This document shows positions 37,370 to 47,805 of a stretch of 64,000 nucleotides of DNA, piece after piece. Within the stretch, counting starts at the first letter, position 1; every line of letters starts with the position of its first letter. The translations under genes and the position numbers were made by a program. This stretch comes from Candidatus Campbellbacteria bacterium. GTDB taxonomy: Bacteria > Patescibacteriota > Minisyncoccia > Phycocordibacterales > UBA1006. The stretch covers positions 66,047 to 130,046 of the forward strand of contig NZWR01000005.1 in the NCBI GenBank assembly GCA_002698305.1. The letters run 5' to 3'. The notes under the pieces were generated by a model. It was not told where the DNA came from and made no database searches. It saw only the letters and a program-made list of their open reading frames with translations.

Positions 37370-38467
37370 CTAAAGGAGCTTAGTTATGTCATTAAATGTA
37401 ACTAAGAGCATTAATCCAATGAGCACGATAAACCCTATTCCATTAATAGCGTTAATTACCTTTGGATTGAGTCGTCTTCGTAGAATTGATTCTACAAAAA
37501 TAATCAAAATTCGTCCTCCATCGAGTGCTGGGAATGGTACCAAGTTTAGAACCGCAAGGTTTAGCGACAGAATTGCCGTAAAGCCAATAAGATATTGAAA
37601 TCCAACCTTACTCGCATCCCCCACCTGCTTAACAATACCAACTGGACCCGATACATTATCTGCTGATATCGAGCCAGTAATAAGGTCCCAAAAACCAATA
37701 GCAATATTTTTAATAAATCCAATTGTATTAAGGGCTCCGTAATAAAACGCATTAAAGAATGAAAGCTTCAGTTCACCCATTCTTTCTGCTGAAACTCCAA
37801 CAGCATATTTACCTTCAATAATTCCTTCTTCAGGAGTTAGATTTATAATTTCTAAGGACTCATCCCGTAGTACAACAAGGCCAATATTTTCATCTTCAGG
37901 ATACTGTTCATTAATAAAATTAGAAAAATCTTCTATTGTCTCATCAGATACACTCACTTGTGTGTCATCACTGAAAAACTCAACAATGATATCTCCTGGT
38001 AGTAATCCACCTGCTTCAGCTGGTGAATTTTGATTAACTGAGCTAACAATAAGCTCTGTTTCATTAAAGTCATATCCTGAAGGAGCTGACCCGACAGGAG
38101 CATTAATCCCCGACATATAGATGCCCGACAACAAAATCCATGCGAATACAATGTTAAAAAGAACTCCACCAAACATGACAAGAAACTGCTGCCAGCGAGG
38201 TTTATGTATTAACGAAACTTTTTTTTGCTCTTCAGTAAGCTCTGATCCATCATCTGATTCACCAAAAATCTTAACAAAGCCACCAAAAGGAATCCAATTC
38301 AACGTGATGTCAGTTCCTTTAAAATTTCCTATTGTAAATGCTTTTGGTGGGTAGCCAAAACCAAATTCGTCGACTCGAATACCGAACATCTTTGCAAAAA
38401 GAAAATGTCCAAGTTCATGTATAAAAACTAAAATCCCTAAGACAAGGATAAAAATAATAATATTCAT
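37370..38467 (-). CDS. rseP: RIP metalloprotease RseP (M50, PDZ)
   Basis: HELGH, IPFGGFV, SGPVGI, NLVPFPALDGG. Confidence 0.93.
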   Translation of the reverse strand: MNIIIFILVLGILVFIHELGHFLFAKMFGIRVDEFGFGYPPKAFTIGNFKGTDITLNWIPFGGFVKIFGESDDGSELTEEQKKVSLIHKPRWQQFLVMFGGVLFNIVFAWILLSGIYMSGINAPVGSAPSGYDFNETELIVSSVNQNSPAEAGGLLPGDIIVEFFSDDTQVSVSDETIEDFSNFINEQYPEDENIGLVVLRDESLEIINLTPEEGIIEGKYAVGVSAERMGELKLSFFNAFYYGALNTIGFIKNIAIGFWDLITGSISADNVSGPVGIVKQVGDASKVGFQYLIGFTAILSLNLAVLNLVPFPALDGGRILIIFVESILRRRLNPKVINAINGIGFIVLIGLMLLVTFNDITKLL

Positions 38468-38473
38468 AAACAA

Positions 38474-39028
38474 CTATACAGACATTATATCTTGCTCTTT
38501 TCTCTTAAATATTTCTTCTGCTTGAGTATTTGCCGTATCAATCTTTTTTTGTAGCTCTTCTTGTAGACGCTTTTTATCGTCTTCCGCAAAATCACCATTT
38601 GACTCTCCAAGATCTATCTTTTTCATGGCATCCTGCCGCACACTTCGGATTTTTACCCGTGCATCTTCAAGTTTTTCTTTAATCAATTTAACAATCTTTA
38701 TTTTTGACTCTTCTGTCATTTGCGGTACATGTACGCGTACCCCAGTATCACCAACAGAGATTGAAAATGGAAGCCCTGAGTCTACTAGTGCTTTTTCTAT
38801 GTCTTTAATTTGACTTTTATCCCATGGAGAGATATTCATTGTCCGGGCATCTTCAAGATTGATAGAAGCTATATTCTTTATAGGTTGATATGAGCCATAT
38901 GATTCGACCTGAACCCCATCCAAAAGAGCAGGATTAGCTCGCCCTGTTGATATTTGTAAATATTCTTTCTTTAAAAAGTCATGAATGTCATGAAGACTTT
39001 TGTCAGTTTCTGTAAAATCAAAATTCAT
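38474..39028 (-). CDS. frr: Ribosome recycling factor
   Basis: TGRANPALLD, PWDKS, EDARVKIRSVR. Confidence 0.95.
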   Translation of the reverse strand: MNFDFTETDKSLHDIHDFLKKEYLQISTGRANPALLDGVQVESYGSYQPIKNIASINLEDARTMNISPWDKSQIKDIEKALVDSGLPFSISVGDTGVRVHVPQMTEESKIKIVKLIKEKLEDARVKIRSVRQDAMKKIDLGESNGDFAEDDKKRLQEELQKKIDTANTQAEEIFKRKEQDIMSV

Positions 39029-39055
39029 ACTACAGATATACCATATTTAGCTTTT

Positions 39056-39724
39056 TTAATGAATATCTTGCTCAATGGTAAGTGCAAGAGAATCAAGAAT
39101 CATCTTAAGTGAAGCACCGTTAGAGGAGATATATTCTTTAAGTTTGTATACTTGAGTTATGACATTCTGATAACGAGGAATATCCTGTACAAAGTGTGTT
39201 TCTGCAACATTCAAAATGTCTCTGACATCTGAATGGTTGAGGAAATCATCCTTTTTCTTGTCAGTACTTTTTTTAATGAATTCCAGTTTCTCAAATAATG
39301 AAAGAGAGAGAAATGCCAAGAACCATTCTTTATTTTTTTCAACAGTATTACGGTCAGCAACGTGAATAATTTCAAGTCGAGAAAGCATGGTATCAAGAAG
39401 ATCTTGAGTATTAGCAATAGTGAAAAAGAAATACGTATTTGAACTTGGATTTTCTATTGTTTTTAATAATGCATTTTGAGCCTGATAATTTATTGAGTCC
39501 GCATTGATTATAAAAATAACTGCTTTTTTAGTTTTTTCCTTTTGAAGGTTAATAATGTTTCTCGCGTCATCAATTTTAAACGATTCATACCTTTTAGCGT
39601 GGATATATTCAATATGCTTATCTCCAATATGCTCTCTTAGATCATCTACTGAAGGCATCATATTTATAAGGTAAGCATGGTGAGAGAAAGGAAACGTAGG
39701 AATATTGTTAGTAACAGAATTCAT
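39056..39724 (-). CDS. holB: DNA polymerase III delta' subunit-like (shortened)
   Basis: HAYL, IDDAR, AQNALLKTIENP, TMLSR. Confidence 0.7.
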   Translation of the reverse strand: MNSVTNNIPTFPFSHHAYLINMMPSVDDLREHIGDKHIEYIHAKRYESFKIDDARNIINLQKEKTKKAVIFIINADSINYQAQNALLKTIENPSSNTYFFFTIANTQDLLDTMLSRLEIIHVADRNTVEKNKEWFLAFLSLSLFEKLEFIKKSTDKKKDDFLNHSDVRDILNVAETHFVQDIPRYQNVITQVYKLKEYISSNGASLKMILDSLALTIEQDIH

Positions 39725-39776
39725 AACTATTAGTATAGCAAAAAGAATGTTCTCTGACCGGAATTATAAAAAGCAA

Positions 39777-40787
39777 TCATTTACTTATAATTGCTTTTTT
39801 ATAGGTATCAAGATGTTCAAGTGCAATTCCTGTTCCACGTGCAACGCAGAACAGTGGATCTTCTACAACATAGGCGCTAACCCCTGTTCTTCTATGAATC
39901 AAATCAGTTAAATTACGTAACTGTGATGTTCCCCCGGTCATAGTAATACCGTTATCAATAATATCTGATGCAAGTTCAGGTGGTACTTGGGCAAGTACAT
40001 CCTTGATTGCTTGAATCATGGTTTTTAATTCTTCATCAATAGCCTTTGTAATTTCGTTGGTCGATATTTTTACCGAACGTGGCAACCCAGTAACATAATC
40101 TCTTCCCTTTATCAGTACCTCAAGCTCTTCATCAAGAGGAATAGCTGAAGCGATTTTAATTTTAATTTTTTCGGCTGTCCGGTCTCCGATGGCAAGATTA
40201 TAGGTCTTTTTGATGTAATCAATAATAGCATCGTCGAGACGACGTCCAGCACATTTTACTGAATTTGAGGCAACAATCCCTCCAAGCGATATTACCGCAA
40301 CATCAATTGTTCCTCCACCAATATCTACAATCATATAGCCATTTGGTTGCTGAATAGAAATTCCTGCTCCAATTGCGGCAAGAATTGGTTCCTTTACAAC
40401 ATAGGCATTCTTGGCTCCTGCTCGGCGTGCAGCCTCGATAACAGCACGACGTTCTGTTGAGGTAATTCCAGCTGGAACAGACAAAAGAACGTCAGGTTTT
40501 AGAAAATTAAACCCTCCTAATGCTTGCTTAAAATAATAACGCAGCATCGTTTCTGTGACGCGGTAGTCAGCAATAACCCCATCTTTCATTGGCCTATAAG
40601 CAACAATTTCATCGGGCGTTCGCCCAATCATTTGTTTTGCTTCAGACCCAACTGCTAGCACCTTGTTATCCTGAATCGATATGGCAACAACTGACGGCTC
40701 ATCCAGAATAACTCCCTTCCCTGGTACAAAGACCAAGATATTTGTTGTTCCAAGATCAATTCCTAGTTTTTTAGTAAACATTCCCAT
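39777..40787 (-). CDS. mreB: Rod shape-determining actin homolog
   Basis: GIDLGTTN, EPSVVA, RPMKDGVIAD, VDIGGGT, TGGTS. Confidence 0.95.
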   Translation of the reverse strand: MGMFTKKLGIDLGTTNILVFVPGKGVILDEPSVVAISIQDNKVLAVGSEAKQMIGRTPDEIVAYRPMKDGVIADYRVTETMLRYYFKQALGGFNFLKPDVLLSVPAGITSTERRAVIEAARRAGAKNAYVVKEPILAAIGAGISIQQPNGYMIVDIGGGTIDVAVISLGGIVASNSVKCAGRRLDDAIIDYIKKTYNLAIGDRTAEKIKIKIASAIPLDEELEVLIKGRDYVTGLPRSVKISTNEITKAIDEELKTMIQAIKDVLAQVPPELASDIIDNGITMTGGTSQLRNLTDLIHRRTGVSAYVVEDPLFCVARGTGIALEHLDTYKKAIISK

Positions 40788-40834
40788 ATCGCCATACTAT
40801 CATAGCTGGGTTTTTTGAGAATATTTGCTAGGGT

Positions 40835-40972
40835 ATGAAAAACAATAAATTTATGAAATTCAAACATTTTATATTGTGCACTATTTTCAATATACACGAC
40901 TCAGAAAAAGCACCACTTGGAAAAATTGAAAGATGCAGGAGGTGTAAACACGAGAAAATATCTCAGCTATAA
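40835..40972 (+). CDS. Small putative zinc-finger protein (DUF1660-like; 45 aa, not in ORF track)
   Basis: MKNNKFMKFKHFILCTIFNIHDSEKAPLGKIERCRRCKHEKISQL: C-x5-H...CxxC. Confidence 0.5.
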   Translation: MKNNKFMKFKHFILCTIFNIHDSEKAPLGKIERCRRCKHEKISQL

Positions 40973-41068
40973 AAACACTTTAATAACCTCTGTTTCTTGG
41001 AAATAAATAAAGAAGAAGATGCAGAGAAGAAATAAAAAGCCTCACGAACATGAGGCTTTTTTAGTTTT

Positions 41069-41094
41069 AAAATATAACATATATGTTATATTTT
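41069..41094. promoter_or_regulatory. Perfect 26-bp palindrome (candidate operator) over the -10 region of HTH-murA
   Basis: AAAATATAACATA/TATGTTATATTTT, 4 nt before the ATG. Confidence 0.6.
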
Positions 41095-41098
41095 CAGT

Positions 41099-42634
41099 AT
41101 GCAAAAAGATACCTTACTGAAAGAACAAAAAAGAATTGGAACTTTTATTCGGTCCATTAGAAAGCAGCGTGGGATGACTCAAGCTGATTTTGCCAAAGAA
41201 TTAGGTACTGCCCAATCAGCTGTAGCTCGGATGGAGAAAGGAGGTCAAAACTTCTCTACCCAAGAATTAATTAGAATTGGGAATGTATTAGACCACCAAC
41301 TTATTAAACTTCAACGTGAGGAGCGTGATGATTTTATTATTCATGGAGGGAAAAAGCTCAAAGGATCGATAGAAACCAATACCTCAAAAAATGGGGCCAT
41401 GGGACTTATGCATGCAGCCCTTCTTAATAAAGGTACAACAATTCTTCATGGAATCCCTAAAATCCAGGAGGTTTATAGAATCATAGAAATTTTTCAAAGC
41501 ATCGGCGTTAAGGTTGAATGGATTAAAAAGAAAAGTATCAAAATAACCCCTCCAAAGAGGTATAAATTTGAAGATATCAATAAAAAATCTGCTCGTCGAG
41601 TTCGGTCATTTATGATGTCAATTGGACCACTTATTCACCATCTTAAATCATTTGAAATTCCAACAGCTGGGGGATGTAAAATGGGCGAACGTACGATAGC
41701 AGCTCACAGGCACGGTATTGAACAGTTTGGGGTAACGATTACGACAAAAAACTCTGGTTATCTTGTAGAACGTGGTCGGCTTAAACCAGCAGAAATTGTT
41801 ATGTACGAGGCATCTGATACAGCAACAGAAAATATTGTTATTGCTGCTGCTGGTATCCCTGGAACAACAGTTATTCATTTTGCTCAGCAGAACTATATGG
41901 TTCAAGATGTATGTTTTTTCTTAGAGAAACTCGGAGTTAAAATTGAAGGGATTGGTTCATTAAAACTAACTATTCACGGAGTTAAAAATATACATATTGA
42001 TGTTGAACATCATAACAGCGAAGATCCTATTGAATCAATGATGTTTATAGCCTCAGCGATTGCAACAAATTCAAAACTTACCGTTACACGTTGCCCGTAT
42101 GATTTCTTAAAACTTGAACTCCTTAAGTTGAAAAAAATGGGGGTTGAATTTTCATTTTCAGACCACTACACGTCGCGTAATAAAAAAACAAATCTTGTTG
42201 ATGTCACTATTCTAAAGTCAAACAAATTAAAAGCTTTATCAGATAAAATCCATGCTCAACCATATCCAGGGATTAACACTGACAACCTTCCATTCTTTGT
42301 ACCTGTGGCACTTAAAGCAAAAGGAACAACTCTTATTCACGACTGGATGTGGGAAAACAGAGCAATTTATTTCACTGAGCTTAATAGACTTGGTGCATCA
42401 GTCAGACTCGCTGACCCGCACCGCGTATATATCGAAGGAGGTGAAAAACTATCTAATGGTGAATTAGTCTGCCCTCCTGCCTTGCGGCCATCAACCATGC
42501 TATTGGTTACCATGCTGGGGATACCAGGACGATCAATTCTTCGTAATGTATATTCAATCAAACGTGGATATGAAAATATTGTTGAACGATTAAACTCTAT
42601 TGGTGCTGAAATTGAAGAGGTTAAAGAAATATAG
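41099..42634 (+). CDS. murA: XRE-HTH / UDP-GlcNAc enolpyruvyl transferase fusion
   Basis: N-terminal IRKQRGMTQADFAKELGTAQSAVARME; SKN, GGCKMGER (catalytic Cys), PYPGINTD, ENR, IKRGY. Confidence 0.9.
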   Translation: MQKDTLLKEQKRIGTFIRSIRKQRGMTQADFAKELGTAQSAVARMEKGGQNFSTQELIRIGNVLDHQLIKLQREERDDFIIHGGKKLKGSIETNTSKNGAMGLMHAALLNKGTTILHGIPKIQEVYRIIEIFQSIGVKVEWIKKKSIKITPPKRYKFEDINKKSARRVRSFMMSIGPLIHHLKSFEIPTAGGCKMGERTIAAHRHGIEQFGVTITTKNSGYLVERGRLKPAEIVMYEASDTATENIVIAAAGIPGTTVIHFAQQNYMVQDVCFFLEKLGVKIEGIGSLKLTIHGVKNIHIDVEHHNSEDPIESMMFIASAIATNSKLTVTRCPYDFLKLELLKLKKMGVEFSFSDHYTSRNKKTNLVDVTILKSNKLKALSDKIHAQPYPGINTDNLPFFVPVALKAKGTTLIHDWMWENRAIYFTELNRLGASVRLADPHRVYIEGGEKLSNGELVCPPALRPSTMLLVTMLGIPGRSILRNVYSIKRGYENIVERLNSIGAEIEEVKEI

Positions 42635-42719
42635 GGCGTACAAATCTCTGCATTTGCAGAGATTTTGTTTTGCCAGTTGAAAACTTGTATCTCCTTCATA
42701 ATACTTTTACTATAGAGGT

Positions 42720-44648
42720 ATGTTTATTCTTGAAGTTACTCCTATCGCAAAATCTTCTCACGCTGATACACTCAGCTATTTTTCGGTAAAAAAAGTAGAT
42801 CCAGGAGGCATCGTCGAGGTTCCTCTGCGTAAACAAAACGTCCTTGCTGTCGTTATGAGCGTCAACCCGGTCACCAATATAAAATCACAGATAAAATCTG
42901 CAGGCTATTCATTAAGAAATATTCATAAAATTATAGAGGGTCAGTTATATTCAAAAGCTCTTCTTGCAACAACGTACACACTGAAAGATTACTTTTGTAT
43001 CCCTCAAGGAAAGATTACCAGCCTCTTGTCACCAAAATTTTTGCAGGAAAACCAAAGCCTCTGGAAAAAAAGATCAAGCCATAAAAAAAGAGCTATAAAA
43101 AAACAAATACTAATGCGTCCATTTCCTGAGCGTATAGATTATTATAAGTCATTTATTAGAGAAAAACGCTCTGACAATGAATCACTTATTATTGTATGTC
43201 CGACTACTCATGAATGTGAAGAACTGTTTTATCAGCTTAATAAGAATACGACACATGTATTTTGCCTACATAGCGCTATATCCAAAAAGAAGAGAGTTGC
43301 GGGATATGCTGAAATCACTGAAAGAGAAAGCTCATCAGTATTGATCACCACTCCAAGCTTTATTGATACGCCGCTGTTTAATCTCACCACTCTTATTCTC
43401 GAGCATGAGTCATCCCCTCGGTATATAGCTGCTGCTCAGCATCTTGATTTACGAGTAGTCATAGATACTTTTGCTCGGTATGTCCATGCAGATATTATGT
43501 ATGCTGACAGCATCATTCGTCCTGAACGATGGTACGAGATAGAAAGAAAGTACATCGAGCGCATAGAACCATTTCAAAATGTTTTGCGAGATGTTACAAA
43601 CAGAATCGAGGTAGAGCAATTGAATGTACCCATCACCAAAAAAATAACAGACACAGAGCGAATAGCTCAACTAAATAAACAGGTGGCAGAGTTTAGTACA
43701 CTTTCAAAAAAATCGCATTCGCGTATTAAAAAAAGTATCAAAGACAAAGAGAATATTTTTATATTTTCATCTCGTAAAAGCTTGGCTCCTTCTATTATAT
43801 GTAATGATTGTGGGAATATTGTTGTATCTCAAAAAACGGGCCGGCCCTACTCTCTTTTCAATAAAAAATCAAAGCACGGGGGTACGACACGAGTTTTCAG
43901 AGACCCGCTTACCAAGGAAGTAATACCTGCCTATGATAACTGTATGTATTGTAAAGGTAATCGCCTCGTTCAACTTGGAGTTGGTACTGAAAGAATTTAT
44001 GATGACCTGAAACAATATCAAAAAAATGCAACGATAATTATTCTCGATGACAACCATAAGCTTTTAAAGAAAGAACGAGCAGAGCTATCTTCATTAATGA
44101 AGGACACCAAACACCCGGTAATAGTAATAAGTACGAGCAAAGGGTTCTCGTTAGAGGAAAAATTTGATAACGCGATAGTTGCATCACTGGACAGTATGCT
44201 CGGTAGACCACATCAAAACGTTGTTACTGAATGTTTATGGGTCTTATCCTCGATACTGAGAATGACAAAAGGTAGTGTTTATATACAATCTCGAAACATA
44301 ACGGAAAATCAGTTAGCAATTATCTATACTGGAAGGTATCAAGAATTTATCCAAAGAGAGTTACAACTCAGAAAAGAACTTGATTTACCTCCATACCTGA
44401 CAAAAATTTATATATCAAAAGAAATACAGAAAATACAACTTAAAAAAGTACATGTATTCATACAAGAACTTTTTCAAAAGGAAATGGTACATATCGATAT
44501 TATGTCTGGAAGAAAGAAATCGACTATAACGCTACGAGCAGAACTCACGATACCTAAAGGTACGTGGAATCCATCCTATCAAGAACCTGAGCTCCTTTTG
44601 AAAATAAAAGAACTTGCACGCACCTGGAACATCGAAATTGAAGCATAA
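42720..44648 (+). CDS. priA: Primosomal protein N' (degenerate helicase motifs)
   Basis: N-terminal VEVPLR, HS motif, CNDC/CMYC, GVGTER, ELQLRKELDLPPY. Confidence 0.75.
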   Translation: MFILEVTPIAKSSHADTLSYFSVKKVDPGGIVEVPLRKQNVLAVVMSVNPVTNIKSQIKSAGYSLRNIHKIIEGQLYSKALLATTYTLKDYFCIPQGKITSLLSPKFLQENQSLWKKRSSHKKRAIKKQILMRPFPERIDYYKSFIREKRSDNESLIIVCPTTHECEELFYQLNKNTTHVFCLHSAISKKKRVAGYAEITERESSSVLITTPSFIDTPLFNLTTLILEHESSPRYIAAAQHLDLRVVIDTFARYVHADIMYADSIIRPERWYEIERKYIERIEPFQNVLRDVTNRIEVEQLNVPITKKITDTERIAQLNKQVAEFSTLSKKSHSRIKKSIKDKENIFIFSSRKSLAPSIICNDCGNIVVSQKTGRPYSLFNKKSKHGGTTRVFRDPLTKEVIPAYDNCMYCKGNRLVQLGVGTERIYDDLKQYQKNATIIILDDNHKLLKKERAELSSLMKDTKHPVIVISTSKGFSLEEKFDNAIVASLDSMLGRPHQNVVTECLWVLSSILRMTKGSVYIQSRNITENQLAIIYTGRYQEFIQRELQLRKELDLPPYLTKIYISKEIQKIQLKKVHVFIQELFQKEMVHIDIMSGRKKSTITLRAELTIPKGTWNPSYQEPELLLKIKELARTWNIEIEA

Positions 44649-44691
44649 TAGTGCTTGATGAAATAAATATCCATGATAGTATCTCTCTTAT

Positions 44692-44931
44692 ATGGCAACG
44701 AATGCAGATGTAAAGAAAACAAAAAACGATAACAATCTTGGACTTATTCGAAAATTCTCTCGAAAAGTTAAACAATCAGGAGTTATCCCAAAAGTTCGAA
44801 AAAAACGATATCACCAGCGTGAGGATTCTGATTTTAAAAAGAAAACAAATGCTCTTGTTAAGATCGAAAAACGAAAAGAATACGAGCGAAAGGAAAAAAT
44901 GGGGTTGATCAAACCTCGTGGACGTCGCTAG
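44692..44931 (+). CDS. rpsU: 30S ribosomal protein bS21
   Basis: LIRKFSRKVKQSGV...RKKRYH; small and basic; upstream of ybeY. Confidence 0.75.
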   Translation: MATNADVKKTKNDNNLGLIRKFSRKVKQSGVIPKVRKKRYHQREDSDFKKKTNALVKIEKRKEYERKEKMGLIKPRGRR

Positions 44932-44932
44932 T

Positions 44933-45328
44933 ATGACAATCGTGGAATATAACAATTTTACAATCCAAAGAAGAACAAAAGGCACTATACCAAACGTGCC
45001 TTTTTTGGAATTAAAAAATGCTCTGCTTGGCAAAAAATATGAGCTCTCTCTCGTATTCCCCACCCTTAAAGAATCTATTGAGCTTCATACAGCATGGAAA
45101 AATAAATCTAATCCAGTTAATATTCTTTCGTTTCCTTTAGATGATAATGAAGGTGAAATTTTTATTACGCTTTCAAAAGCGAGGAGTGAGGCAAGAAAAT
45201 ATGGACGAACCTACCATAATCATCTTATATTTCTTTTTATTCATGGATGCCTTCATTTGAAAGGAATGGTTCATGGTGATAAAATGGAAGAAGCAGAAAA
45301 ATTTTGGTGTTCAAAATTTTTCATCTAA
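44933..45328 (+). CDS. ybeY: rRNA maturation endoribonuclease YbeY
   Basis: NILSFP, GEIFI, HGCLHLKGMVH (HxxxHxxxxxH). Confidence 0.92.
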   Translation: MTIVEYNNFTIQRRTKGTIPNVPFLELKNALLGKKYELSLVFPTLKESIELHTAWKNKSNPVNILSFPLDDNEGEIFITLSKARSEARKYGRTYHNHLIFLFIHGCLHLKGMVHGDKMEEAEKFWCSKFFI

Positions 45329-45348
45329 CCACCCCATCAAATAACAAT

Positions 45349-46515
45349 ATGAAAAACGATAGCTACACAATTGGAATTGATATAGGATCAGAACAGATTA
45401 AAGCTGTTGTTATCGATGCTGCAAGCCGAAACGAAAAACAGCCAACTATTTTAGCAGCACTCTCCACAGCTTCATCAGGAGTCACGAAAGGTTATATTAA
45501 CAACCAAGATGCTGTTGAGTATTCCTTGAATGAGCTTGTAGAGAAAGTACTAAAAAAATATCCTGCAAAATATTCTGATATCAACGTAGCCATTAATGGT
45601 ATTGGGTTACGCTCTCAGTATGTACGTACCAGTAATGATATTCAAAATAAAAGCCGTGAAATAGAGGCTGCTGATATTGATGCTGTTGTAGCAAAGGCCG
45701 AAGACCTGTTCTCAAAAAAATATCCAAACAAAAAAATACTTTACATAAACAGTCAAAAATACCGCGTAGATGATCGGGATGTATTAGGATCTCCTGTTGG
45801 AATGTACGGAGAAACAATCGAAGCAAAGATATTATTTGTTACTGTTCCAGAACATCACTATGAATCATGTATTAGAATCTTCGAATCATCATCACTTTCA
45901 ATAGATAATCTTGTAGCTGCTCCCCTAGCTGAAGCAGCACTTCTAAGCCCTGCTCAAAAAAATAATGGTTGTGTCCTTCTTAATATTGGAGCCCAGACAT
46001 CATCTATGTCAGTCTACGAAAATGGATTTATGTCATCACTTGAAGTATTCCCTATTGGCTCAAATGATATTACTAATGATTTGGCTTTGGGTCATCAGAT
46101 TTCACGAGAAGAAGCTCATGAACTAAAATTGGATGCCAAAAATAAAGCATCAAAACAAACCCAGGAAATAATTCAAGCTCGAATGTATGATATTTTAGAA
46201 TTGATGGAGCGCCACCTAATACGTATCAAAAAAAATCGGTTGTTGCCTGCAGGGGTAATCATCACGGGTGGAAGCGCATATCTTGAAGGAATAGAAGCCT
46301 ATACAAAATCACAACTTAAAATTCCTGCTGAAACAATTAAAATCTTGAAAAAATCACCAAGTCAAAAACGAGCCTCGGCGCTTGATCCTAAGTTTTCACT
46401 TGCGTATGCCTTGACGCTGCCAAGTCAAAACGCGCGACATTTTAAAAAGAGCTTATTCTCAATAAAAAAGATTTTCAAAAATGCAAAAAAGTTATTTGAT
46501 GAACTCATGCCTTAA
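45349..46515 (+). CDS. ftsA: Cell division protein FtsA
   Basis: GIDIGS, PVGMYG, LNIGAQT, IGSNDITNDLA, ITGG; upstream of ftsZ. Confidence 0.9.
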   Translation: MKNDSYTIGIDIGSEQIKAVVIDAASRNEKQPTILAALSTASSGVTKGYINNQDAVEYSLNELVEKVLKKYPAKYSDINVAINGIGLRSQYVRTSNDIQNKSREIEAADIDAVVAKAEDLFSKKYPNKKILYINSQKYRVDDRDVLGSPVGMYGETIEAKILFVTVPEHHYESCIRIFESSSLSIDNLVAAPLAEAALLSPAQKNNGCVLLNIGAQTSSMSVYENGFMSSLEVFPIGSNDITNDLALGHQISREEAHELKLDAKNKASKQTQEIIQARMYDILELMERHLIRIKKNRLLPAGVIITGGSAYLEGIEAYTKSQLKIPAETIKILKKSPSQKRASALDPKFSLAYALTLPSQNARHFKKSLFSIKKIFKNAKKLFDELMP

Positions 46516-46579
46516 CGACATTGCCTTTAAGGCCTTTTTTGATAAAATACAACTATTCACTTATTAAACTAATTACATT

Positions 46580-47719
46580 ATGCCTAAAGTAAATCCAGAA
46601 ATTGAAACATTTGCACGAATCAAAGTAATCGGTGTGGGAGGAGCAGGAACAAATGCTATCAACCATATGATTGACTCTGAAATAGCAGGAGTAGAGTTTA
46701 TTGCCATCAATACTGATACGCAAGATCTCCACCATTCTCAAGCAGCTAAAAAAATACATATTGGTAAAAATCTTACCAAAGGCCTAGGGTCAGGAATGAA
46801 TCCCGAGATTGGTCAATCTGCTGCTGAAGAAACAAAAGCAGAAATCCAAGAAGCCATTAAAGGCGCAGACATGGTGTTTGTAGCAGCCGGAATGGGAGGT
46901 GGAACAGGAACAGGAGCATCACCAACGGTTGCACGAACAGCAAAAGAACAAGGAATTCTTACTATTGGAGTTGTTACAAAGCCATTTAGTTTTGAAGGAC
47001 AGCAACGAAAAAAAATTGCAGATGGTGGTCTTGAAGAATTAGAAAAAGAAGTAGATGCACTGATTACTATTCCAAACGACAGACTTCTTTCAATAGCTGG
47101 AGATGATATGAGTTTCAAAGATGCATTTGAAATTTCTGATGATGTACTAAAACAAGCAGTCGAAGGAATCTCAGAACTTATCACAACCCCAGGAATCATT
47201 AATATTGATTACGCTGATATTCAAACCACCCTATCAGATACGGGATCAGCATTTATGGGAATTGGTAAAGCTGCCGGAGAAAGTCGCGCCAAAGACGCTG
47301 CAGTTGAGGCAATTAACTCACCGCTTCTTGATATCGCTATTGATGGAGCAAAAGGAGTACTCTTTGCAATATCAGGTGGTGATGATTTAACGATGAATGA
47401 GGTAAATGAAATCGCTACAATTATTACTGATTCAATTGATGATTCAGCACGCGTAATCTTTGGAACTATCCGAGATACCAAACTGAAAAAAGGTGAAATT
47501 AAAGTAACAGTGATTGCTACTGGATTTGATACCATTATCCAGAAAAAGCCAGCTTTTAACGCTTTTACTTCTAAAAAAGAAGAAGCATCAGTGACTGATG
47601 AAACACCGGTGAAAAGAAAAAAACCAGTTGAGGAAATTGAAGAGATTGAAGAAATCGATGATACTGACGACGATTGGTCGGCGGTACCAGCATTTCTTAG
47701 ACGTGGAGGAAAAAAATAG
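46580..47719 (+). CDS. ftsZ: Cell division protein FtsZ
   Basis: GVGGAG.NA, GMGGGTGTG, NIDYAD, C-terminal VPAFLRR. Confidence 0.97.
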   Translation: MPKVNPEIETFARIKVIGVGGAGTNAINHMIDSEIAGVEFIAINTDTQDLHHSQAAKKIHIGKNLTKGLGSGMNPEIGQSAAEETKAEIQEAIKGADMVFVAAGMGGGTGTGASPTVARTAKEQGILTIGVVTKPFSFEGQQRKKIADGGLEELEKEVDALITIPNDRLLSIAGDDMSFKDAFEISDDVLKQAVEGISELITTPGIINIDYADIQTTLSDTGSAFMGIGKAAGESRAKDAAVEAINSPLLDIAIDGAKGVLFAISGGDDLTMNEVNEIATIITDSIDDSARVIFGTIRDTKLKKGEIKVTVIATGFDTIIQKKPAFNAFTSKKEEASVTDETPVKRKKPVEEIEEIEEIDDTDDDWSAVPAFLRRGGKK

Positions 47720-47805
47720 CACTCATGCTATTTTTTTTGCTATACAACAAGAATATTAGCGATATACTAGAAGCATACACATTTATCCGACTAACTTTGT
47801 AAACT

